In this document: positions 8,947 through 19,656 of the stretch, in pieces
Numbering within the stretch: the stretch's first letter is position 1
How the letters are laid out: the number at the start of each line of letters is the position of its first letter
Assembly: GCA_002104945.1 (NCBI GenBank)
Contig: MCFH01000117.1
Coordinates: 1-38,478 of the forward strand
Length of the DNA: 38,478 bases
DNA from: Piromyces finnis finn
Taxonomy: Eukaryota > Fungi > Neocallimastigomycota
Reading direction: 5' to 3'
Program-made: the position numbers and the translations under genes
Notes under the pieces: generated by a model
What the model saw: only the letters and a program-made list of their open reading frames with translations
What the model was told of the DNA's origin: nothing
The model's database searches: none

Positions 8947-11155
8947 TTTTTTAATAAGATTTTTTTTAATTTTTATTTTTATTTTTATATAAAAAATTTA
9001 AGTTTATGCCTCTTAATTTTAATTTTTATTTTTTTTTTAATAGTGAACAATATTTTTTTCTATTTACTATTTAAATAATTTTCCAATAGAATTTCTTCAT
9101 TTCCATTACTTTCATATTTCTTATGTAATTTATATTAAAATATATTTTATAATATAAAAATTTTATAATTATTTTTTATTTATTATTACTGTGTAACAAT
9201 ATATCAATACGTTATATTATATTAATAAAAATTTTTTTAATTAACTTTAATTAATAATATATAATGTAATAATTTTTGTAGAAGAATCTTAATTATTAAT
9301 AAATTAGTTATTAGTAATAAATAGAAAAATTTAGAAAAAATAAATAGTTCAGTTTAGTAAAAGAATTATAACACCTCGTAGTAATATTAATTTTATAATT
9401 TTTTATTATTAATTATTTTTATTTAATCAGTAATTATTAGTAATTATTATTAATAAAAAATTAAAATAATTGTAAAGCTTCAATTAAAGCTTCAGTATAA
9501 ATAGTTAAGGAAAAAATTTGTTAAGCTTCAATTAAGAATTATTTTCAATTTTATATAAAACCTTTTTATTATTTTGATTTATAAAAAAGTCCACTTTAAA
9601 TGTAAATAAAGAATCAAATAAAATTTTAAACTCAAATTATTAACAAAAGAATCTTAAATAAATTTTTATTATTATCTTTTCTAAAAATTTTTATCAAACT
9701 TTATTTAATAATAAAATAATTCAACCTATTCGCGAAACTTCTGATACCATATAAATCCCTTAATGATTGAAAATGCCTGTTTTAATTTATCATTAAAAAA
9801 ATATAAATTAGTAAAAAATAGTTAGATTTATTATCTCCATATTACGCATACCTTTAATTTCAATTAAACAAAAATGCTGGGGGTTATTATTTTGTTCTTA
9901 TATCATTAGATTGACTTAATTATATATATAATCTTAAAAATTTTAAATAATATAAATAATTGTTTATAAAGATTACAGGTTACTTTTACAAAAAAAATTG
10001 ATATTAAAACTTTATATTAACCTATTATTTAATATTTTTTTATTATAAATTAAAGAAAAAGTCTTCTTAATTATATTATAAAATATAATAATAAAATCAT
10101 TGAATTCTTTATTAATATTACTAGAATCTAGAATATTATAAAATATCTTTTGATTGTGTTTTTATTTTATTTTAGTAAATATGTAAAAAATTGTATAAAA
10201 AAATTGTTTATAAAAATATATTTAATATTAAATTTTTATGTTAATATTTTGTTATTTAAAATTTGGGTAATTACAAATATTTATTTACTTTTTTTTATAT
10301 AGTAAAATAATTTATTATAATAATAAATGTATATAAATAAATAAACAAATAAATAAATAAAAATAAAAAAAAAAAAAAAAAAAGACTAAGCTCTAAATCA
10401 AAATAATCAAAATTTATAAATATTAATATAATGTTTTAATTTATCATCTTAATTTTTGATAATTTAAAATTACTTTTTGTATATTATACATATATTTTTA
10501 ATTAAAAATAAGGAATAAGGTTCATTTTAAGTAGCTAAAAAATATAAATTTTTTGTTCAGTAGATCCCACAAAAATTTATTTATAGCAGTATCAAAATAT
10601 CAACTGTAGAAAATTAATATTCAATAATATAATAGTAATAATTCGTAATAATCGCTTCAAAAGTATTAAGTATTAGAAATCACTAAAATACAAATAATTA
10701 ATAATATCTATTATTTATATTCTAACCCTATATGTTAGAATATGTGAAACGTATGGCAAATGTATTGAAATATATTAAAAAGTTATTTATATGTTTTGCA
10801 TATTAGATTAGATATTTAAGTTACAATATATATGTAGTTTGAATAAAATAGAATGAAGTAATAGTTTCTTTATCATAAATTATGGTAATAAAGTTGACCT
10901 AATTATAAAACTTAAATAAACAAATCTTAATAATAATATTAATTATTATATATTAATATAGAAGATTTTAAGAAATTCCCTAGTATTTTAGCTAGTTTAC
11001 ATAGTTTACATAGATAAGGTAAAAATAATATATATATAAGTAGTAAAAGTAATAAGTAATAAATATACATAAAAATAAGTAAACAATTTTAAATAAAAGT
11101 ATCACTTATCCTATACATTTTTTATTTTTAAATCTTTATTTCTTAATCTATATAG

Positions 11156-11202
11156 TAATAATAAACATAATAAACATAATAATAATAAACATAATAATAA
11201 AC

Positions 11203-11294
<92 letters not shown>
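11156..11294 (+). repeat. Compound microsatellite (AAT)n interrupted by AAACAT
   Basis: Four aaacat variants followed by a long pure (aat)n. It accounts for the spurious poly-Leu minus ORF 11111-11347. Confidence 0.95.
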
Positions 11295-11295
<1 letters not shown>

Positions 11296-13075
11296 TTGAT
11301 CCTACAAATGAAGTTGAATCACCTACCTTCTCTACCGGTGGAAACAATCAAAACCAAAATATTAATAATGCTGATTTTTACGAGAGAAATGTTAAGTGTA
11401 TAAAAATTTTAGGATATTTGGTACAAAGATCACGAGAAACAGCAGTATCTGCTGAAGGAAAATTATTAAAATTTGATGTACGAAATAATGGTGGGATATT
11501 GAGAAAATTAATTAAATCTATAAAAATTCCTTTAGGTATTAAAATCCAAGATCAGTCCTGCAATCAAGGAGGAAATTCAGCTGCCGGCACGTCGTCTTCT
11601 ATAGTAATAACAAAAAGAATCGACAATGTAAGGTGTCCATGTAATAAAGCAAAATATAGTGATTTAAATAAATATAAAAATAAATTCAATAATACCAAGA
11701 TTGAAAATATGATTTCTTCTTTAACATATGATCTCAAGTTACAAGAATATGAAGAAGCCATAAATGAAATTGATAAAAGTGAAGGTGAATTTATAAAAGC
11801 GGCAGCCGATATGATGGATAGTCAAAACGACAAAATAGATATGGAAGGAAGAATTTCGGGTTCAGGAGAAAACAAAAAATTCATTATAATGATGTCAGTT
11901 CAGAGATTGAAGTTATGATGAAGTTATCAGAGAATATCCTCAACAACATTTCAAATCCAACGGTGATCAAAACACGTTTATGGATATCGAGAATGAATCT
12001 TTTTTATAGCAAAATATTTAAGAAATTTGAAAAAAAAATTAATAGAAGGAATTAATAATAATTCGCCTGAAATTAAAAATTTAGTTTTGAGTAAATTAAA
12101 CAAACTAGCTGAAATATATAATGAATATAAGCAAGAATTAGCAAATACTAAAGATTCAAATTTGAATGGTTTTGAAGGAAAACTACTAGAGATAGCAGAT
12201 ATATTAGATATATATAATGACGTTTATTCCGTTGCTCTCACAAACGGAGTAATAGAATACACAGGAAAAAGTAAAATACTTTTACCACTTGAACCTAATG
12301 AAAAAATGATAAAATATTTAAATGTCTTAAAGTATAAAAGACTAGTTAGATTAATGAAATCTTCAAAAATATTTGATAAAAACTTATTTCCGCATAATGG
12401 TATGGAAAACAAATTCAATGAGCCATCTTATGAAAATTTGTCAAACCATGAGAATTCATTATCTCTAAGTGATATATTTAAAAATATAGAAAACTTAGAT
12501 TTGCCATCATCCAGACCTTTGTTCAACCTTGTTATATTTTTGAGTATTTTCAAAGTTTTAGATAATAATTTAAAAGGTATTGAAGAAAAATACATTACTG
12601 ATAATGCGGCCAGATTAGTGCAAGTTAATTCAAATGACATCAATGAAAGTATTAAAAATCACTTAAAATAAATTCGCCATTAGATATGAATCTGGAAGAT
12701 TTATATTTCTCACAAATGTTATCCACTATATCCGATGATGATATAAGCAATTTTTCTAACGAAAATACTTGTAATGAAATAATGGCTGATTCTATTTCAT
12801 CTGTGTTATCTGATTTAAAATCTTTTTCTAATGATAAAAAGTTATTACCAATGGATAATGAAATAAAAGTAAATGGAGATTCTGGTGAAATTTTGCAAGA
12901 TACTCTTGTTGAAGGTGAAAATTGTATTAGCAGTGCAATGAATTATGTCAACAAAATGGTAAAAGATATTATGGAATCGGATAGTCCACAAGCTAAAGCA
13001 TTGGTAAATAAAATTAATAGAATATTAAAAAAGCCACTAAAAAAGCGAAAAAACATCCAAGAGCGTCAATGCTGA
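11156..13075 (+). pseudogene. Unidentified intronless coding cassette of about 640 codons, broken by three frameshifts in A-runs
   Basis: The frame of ORF 11418-11918 is open upstream through the poly-Asn tract, with no ATG and a possible acceptor ctatatag at 11155. A hidden frame (KIHYNDVSSEIEVMMKLSENILNNISNPTVIKTRLWISRMNLFYSKIFKKFEKK, ~11877-12037) bridges to ORF 12027-12671. One extra A at ~12665-68 would join it to ORF 12686-13075. Visibly more G+C than the flanks. Confidence 0.6.
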
Positions 13076-13082
13076 AGAAACA
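13052..13082 (+). repeat. 31-nt sequence identical to LINE 6087-6117 (copy 2, at the stop of the unidentified cassette)
   Basis: aacatccaagagcgtcaatgctgaagaaaca, 31/31 identity. It contains the TGA of ORF 12686-13075. Confidence 0.97.
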
Positions 13083-13446
13083 CTGTATACAAATTTAATC
13101 TTTAATTAAAATCCAATAATTATATATATAATTTTGATGACTTTTTTTTTTTTTTTTTGACTCTATTAAAACTAAAAAATAATAAAGAAAGCATTATAAT
13201 TTATTCAAAGATAATATAAAGAAAATTATATTAATAGTAAATACTTTTAAATAGCATAAATATTAATTATTTTGAATGTTTTATTAAATATTTTTTATAA
13301 AAATATATTTTATCGTTGTTTCATTTAAATAAACATTTTTTTTTAACACTTTTTATTATTGTAAAAAAGATGAAGCTATTAATTAAATTTTTATTTTTAT
13401 TTTTATTACTAGTTATTTATTATTATTTTTTTTTTATTATTTTTTT

Positions 13447-14121
13447 TTATTTTACTAATGATAAAATAAGATCGAATGCCATTATCATACAACATAATGA
13501 AACATATGGACTTAATCTTTCACCTATATTTTATAAATTAAAAAATATAATTTTAGTATATTTTCATATATCAAAATATATATCAGCAGAATAAATTACC
13601 TATTCTTGCAAATTTCCAAAACACCCCAAGAATACTTTATATTTTAAATTTTATAAAAGAAATTAATTTTTAATTTTAAGGAAAATATTGAAATATATTT
13701 ATTGGGTTAACATTTTTATTGTAAAATTCATATAATTACCCAGTTTTGTTCTTATCTATAACACTTGGAAATTGAGCACGAACATATGTACAAGTACAAA
13801 TTAAAAATATAATTACGAGTAATAAACTTTTAAAATTAAATAAGGCTGACTAAAGTAATTATATGAATATATAAAAAAGAATATATACATTATTTATTTG
13901 CTTTATATATTTTAATTTTTGTTTTCATTTTTTAAATTTTCCATTTAAATTGCCAAAACCGTTATTATATTTAATACTTTTTATGTATTTTATATATCAA
14001 AATTAATTAATGTATTTCTAATAAAATAAACAAAAATGCGACTCCTGAAAATATATTTATAATATCAATGTTTTTCATTTTTAGTATATAATTATTATTT
14101 CTATCTTATAAAATATACCAT
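13447..14121 (-). CDS. KSH1: Protein Kish (TMEM167/Ksh1 family), small Golgi membrane protein, 4 exons, 74 aa
   Basis: Exons 14121-14119 (ATG only), 13849-13740, 13634-13600 and 13523-13447, all GT-AG. They give [74 protein letters not shown], matching the Kish signature G..G.FWK.ARIGER.SPYV..CC..MAF. Confidence 0.93.
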
Positions 14122-14608
14122 TTTAATAATTTGAGTTTTTATAAATTCTTATTTATTTTAATATTATATATATATATATATTGTTAATTATAAAAAAAAA
14201 ATAAAAAATTAGTATGTTTATTATTATTATTTTTTTTAATTTTATCAATATTATTATCGATACTTATTATTATATTATAATACCTTATTTTATTTATTTA
14301 TTTAATTATTTTTTATTATTATTATTATTATTATTTATTATATATTTTATTTTGTTTATTTTTATTTTTATTTTTTTTTTGAGATTTATCTATTTTTTTT
14401 ATTCTTTTTCTTTTAAATAATTTCTATTAGTTTTGTTATTAATTTTCTAGGTTAATGTATGTATTATTTACAAATTAAATTTTTTATTAAAAAATCCAAT
14501 CATTAATTGGAATTAATTGGAAAGTATAATGAAGATTATTAAAATAATTTTTAATATATTTTATTATTTTCTTTAAATAGCAATTAATACTAAATAAATT
14601 ATAAAAAA

Positions 14609-15533
14609 ATGACTTCTCAACTTCTTCCATTAGGTTTGTTTTGATATAATATAAAAGAAAAGATAATAATAGTAACAATAATAATAACAACCTACAATAA
14701 TAATGATAATTAAAAATAAAAAAAAAAAATTTAAAATAATATTCTTGAATAATTAAAAAATATTGGATTTTATTAATTGTTATATAAATTAATTTATACA
14801 TATTAACTAAAATATATTTATAATGAAAATAATAATTATTCGATAAAAATAAAATAAAACGAAACAAAATAAATAGAACTTATTGATAAATGTATTGGTT
14901 CTCGTATCTGGGTAATCATGAAGGGTGAAAGAGAGTTTGTTGGTACTCTTTCTGGTTTTGATGACTATGTCAGTATCCTTTTTAATAAAAATTAATTGAA
15001 TAATAGTAAAACCATCAAATAATTGATAGTTATTAATCATTTAAAAGTAACATATAATTTGAAACAATGTTTATCCTTAATATTATTATTATTTTCTTCA
15101 TAATTTAAAAGATATGGTACTAGAGGATGTTACTGAATAGTAAGTCATTATCTTTTTTTTTTTTTAAATAATTACCAAAAAGATAAAATAAGATATATAA
15201 TTCTCACTATTTAATATTATGTAATCTAAAGTGAAGATACTCCTCAAGGAAAAAAGGTTACACATCAAGAACAAATCTTATTAAATGGAAACAACATTTG
15301 TATGGTATGTGACTATAAAAAATAAAATATTTTATTAATAACATTGATTTTTAATTTAAACAAATTATGTATATAAATATGAAAATAAAACAAAAATAAA
15401 TATAGTTGATTCCAGGAGGAGTGTAAGTATATTGATATTTAAAGATACTTATTTTCTATTTTATAATAGTTAAAACTAATATATTAATTTTATGACTGAT
15501 AATAATAATAGTGGCCCTGAAGGAGCACAATAA
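14609..15533 (+). CDS. LSM5: U6 snRNA-associated Sm-like protein LSm5, 6 exons
   Basis: Exons 14609-14633, 14877-14972, 15112-15139, 15232-15304, 15406-15422 and 15512-15533 give [50 protein letters not shown]...[22 protein letters not shown]. Confidence 0.96.
14973..15111 (+). other. Candidate U12-type (minor) GT-AG intron in LSM5
   Basis: Donor GTATCCTTT is the full U12 5' consensus. TCCTTAAT at 15074-15081 matches the U12 branch consensus but lies about 30 nt from the AG. Splicing restores the Asn codon in DDYV-N-MVL. Confidence 0.75.
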
Positions 15534-16219
15534 TTTTTTTTTTTTTTTTAAAATGGCGGCTACACTCAGAATTTAATAATAGAAATTGTAAATATTTTAA
15601 GGAAACTAAATATTACTTATTTAGCTTTCTTATTACACTACTCAGTAAAATTTATTATTAAAATTTAATTTAAAATTTATATCTCAATTAATTTATTAAT
15701 CAGTCAGTCATTGATTGATTACAAATGCAAAACAAAAAAATCAAATAAATAATAAAAAAAAAAAAAAAAAAAAAAAAAAGAAAACATATATTTAATAAAA
15801 TTCAAGTAATAAATTAACAAATTTAAATTTATTATATTAACAATATTTTTTTTTGACTATATGAAAATTAAGATTATTATTATTATTATTATTATTTTTT
15901 TTTTTTGAATAACTATAATTTATTCATAATTATTACTTATATTTATTTAGTAATTATTAATATATGTAATTGTAACTAATATTATATATAATAAAAATAG
16001 CAAAGAATATGATATTCTCTTTTATATAAACATTAATATATATTTAAAGAATAAATAGTTTTATTACAGGGCGAAAAAAAAAAAAGATGTGAAGAATGAT
16101 ATATATTTAGTATTTTTTTTTTTTTTTTTTTTTTTTAATAATAGTTAAGACTATACAGAAATATTTGCTTGAAAAAAGTATAAATATTACATTATATCAT
16201 TTTATATGTTTTTAAAAAT

Positions 16220-17232
16220 CTATTTGAGATTTATCTTTGAAAAGGAATTAACATTTTGTTGACAACATGGACAACGATTATATGATTTAAAAGTCATCAT
16301 TTCTCTACAATCATCACATAAACATAAACAACCACATGGCCACAATATAATTTCTCTTTGTGCATCAAAACAAACAACACATGTTCTACGATAGAATTGA
16401 TATGGATCTTTAATTTCGGGTGTACTTGTTACATCAGATACTTTGTTATTATTATTATTATTTGTATTTTCACTACAGTAACTATTACTACTATTACTAC
16501 TACTTTCTTCTTGGGGATTATGATGAGAAAATGGATTGAATTTCTTTAAAATTGGTGATTTCCATTTAATTTTATGTTTATCCTTTCCAGAATATCCATC
16601 TGACGTATTTCCTGTGTTTAAATCGATTTCACATTGAGCTGAAGCTTTAGCTAGTGTATCTCGAAGAGGTAACTGATATTTAAATGAATCTTCAATATTT
16701 TCAGAAATTGTTTGTGAAGATAAATCTTCTGTTTCGGTATTACATGTATCCGAATTTAATAATTTACGATATTTTGAACGAGTTACCATTCTTTCATTTT
16801 CATAACCAATTAAATCAGAATTTGATATAAAACTATTATTTTCTGCTATTATATTCTGATTTTTCAAATTATTGATCACGTCCGAATCATTTAATATATC
16901 ATAAAGTTCATGATATATATTGTCTTTTGAGTTGTTCATTGAATCTGATAGAGTTATACTACTTTCTTCTGTATCTTTTGGAGGTTCTTCATAGGTATAT
17001 GTTAAATCTTCTTGATTATCGTCTTCATTTTCTGAATAAGTATTATATAGGAATTCACTATATTCATCATCCATTTCATCATAATTTTTATAATGAATTA
17101 TTTGATTTAAAGGATACGAAATAGATTTTTTATTATTATTTTTAATATACTTTATCTTTTGCTTAGTATCCACTTTAGGTATATTGTCTTTTGTTTTCCA
17201 ATTTTTTTCTAGGAAATGTTTACTTTTTATTA

Positions 17233-17263
<31 letters not shown>

Positions 17264-19055
17264 TATCGTTTGTAAACTATTTTTACTAAATATTCGATTA
17301 TTTTTTATAATTGAGGAAATATTTTGAATGCTAAATAAATTAAATAAATTATTTTGTATTTTTTCTTTATTAGATATTATGGTGGCATTATTTTCATCCA
17401 TTTTAGAATGCTCATATTCATCTGATGTTGAGTGATATGAGACTGGATTATAAATATTTCTATATTTTTTATAATTAGGATTGGCCCAGTTTTTATATAT
17501 AAAATTTGAATTTTTGATTCTTTTTTGAATTAAATCTTTATTTAAATAATCCATGTCATATTTAGTTTTTGAATTTTCATCATTAATATTTTTATTGTCC
17601 CATTTTATTGGTTTATCAGAAAACTCACTTCTTTTATAATAATCATACCAATAATAAGACATTGGTAGTGATACGATATTAATGTTATAACAATATCCAT
17701 TGTTTCCTTCATTACGTAGTGTTTGTTCAGCAAGTTTAAATAATATAGTGTGGCAATCATCCTTCAATGAAAATCCTTTAAACATCAATTTTATTATATG
17801 AGCAAACTCTCTTAAACTGTTATTTATAACATGTTTTAAAAATAAGAATAAGAAATAAATAACTGTGGAAAAGAGAAGAGTAAATTCTACAATACGCCAA
17901 ATAGCCTTTTTATTTATTAATTTTTATTTTTTATATAATAAAAAAAAAGGTATTAATATTTTTCATTTATTAATTCTTTTTTTTTTTTTTTTTGCTTTCT
18001 TTCTTTTCTTTTTATTAAAAAAAAGTACAAAGATAATAAAAACTTACTAAAATCATAGGATATCCCGTTCCTTTCGAGTAAATGTGATAAATGAAATAAT
18101 AAAAATCTGTAGAACGATAGATTAATGTCATAAATAACAATAAATATTTATGTAATCCAAATACTTTTGTTGAAAAAATAACAAGTGAGAAGAATGCTCT
18201 CATAAAAAATATCATTAATGTTGGACCAGAACGATTATAATATAATAATAAAGAAGTTTCAAAATCAACCTAATTTATATTTATATTTTAATTTATATAA
18301 ATACATAAGTTTATTCAATTTAAAATGATATTTATATTGTTATCCTTATTGAATATTTAAAATATTAAAATGAGAGCATAAAATATAAACCTCAAAGATT
18401 GCAAGTCCAGCGTTTCCCTTTTGGTACCAAGTTAAAATTAAATTTTTTATCGCGTTAACACAAGATACCATATAATAGATTGTAAAAATCTCATCTGAAT
18501 CTAATTTTACTTTCATATATTTATTATTAAATAGTAATTCTAATAATGGCGTTGGTAAATAGTTCGCAATTTTATTGAAATTAATTATTGAGATAAATTT
18601 CAAGAAAAATGTATTATCTTCCTCTAGAAGAATTATATATAAATTATGTGCTATAAAAAATAAAGATGCTAATATTGGCAAATTAATTATTAATTTATCG
18701 ATAATAGTTAATTTTTGTGGTCTTTTTGCTGGTAAATGTTGTCTTAAATATAGCCAGATTGAACTCTTCATTATTAAAAATCATTTATTTATATTTTTAT
18801 TTAAAGGTTTACATGAAAGAATATATAAAAATAAAGAATAAAATATTATATTTATACTTAAATTTTAATATTTATATTTTCCAGATATTAAGATAAAAAT
18901 ATTAAAATAAAAATTATTTTAAATATTTATATATAATTTTTATTAACATAAAGTCAATTGAATTTATATATTAATCTTACCATTATAAATGCCATGCAAA
19001 AATACCTAGATATAAAATATCTAGGTAACAATATTAAAGACTCTTTAAAATTCAT
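16220..19055 (-). CDS. Asi1/Asi3-like multi-pass membrane RING E3 ubiquitin ligase; at least 4 exons, 5' end uncertain
   Basis: C-terminal RING CVVCFDAQREIILWPCGCLCLCDDCR...CPCCQQNVNSFSKI. Upstream hydrophobic exons read ...PRYFISRYFCMAFIM (ending 18981), SSIWLYLRQHLPAKRPQKL...AIFE, VDFETSLLLYNRSGP...YPMIL and AIWRIVEFTLLF..., the last continuing into ORF 16220-17788. Confidence 0.75.
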
Positions 19056-19656
19056 TATTAATATATTATTTCTTTGCTGCTATAATAAATAGAGAATATA
19101 ATTAAGATTCTAAAATAAAAAAAGTAAAAAAATATTTCATTTATAAATATTTATAAAAAATATAATTTCATTTAAAATTGAAAATTAGTTTGTTTAAAAT
19201 GAATATAATTATATAAAATTTACTATTATAAAAAATTATAAATATTCATTATTATTTATTTTTTATATTATTAATTTTATATTTTGATTTATTATACAAG
19301 AAAATTGCTACATTTAATTATTAAAAAAAATAATTTTTATTCTTAAATGTATAATATAATATTATGATTTAATATAATAATATAATTTTATAATAAATTG
19401 CTTAACCAATTAAAAGTAAGTAATGAAATACAATTTTTTTTTAGAAATTGGAAAACCATTTTAAATAAATATTTATAAAAAAAAAAAAAAAAAAGCAGAT
19501 AAATAATTAAAAGTAATTATTAATAAATATTAACATTTTATTTTTTTTTAAATAAAAAATATTTAAAGTATGAAATATATGAATTTCAATTAATATTTTG
19601 TTTTCATTCAAACATATTTTGTTATTCTTTAATATAGTAATTTAATTTCAATCAAA

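Noticed and set aside
11874-12668. Programmed ribosomal frameshifting in the unidentified cassette
   Set aside because: The shifts lie in A-runs without canonical X XXY YYZ heptamers or obvious downstream structure, and they go in both directions. Homopolymer error or decay is simpler.
17109-17117. GTATCCTTT on the minus strand as another U12 donor
   Set aside because: It lies inside a 522-codon open exon (ISYPLNQ) with no need for splicing and no matching branch site, so it is probably a chance match.
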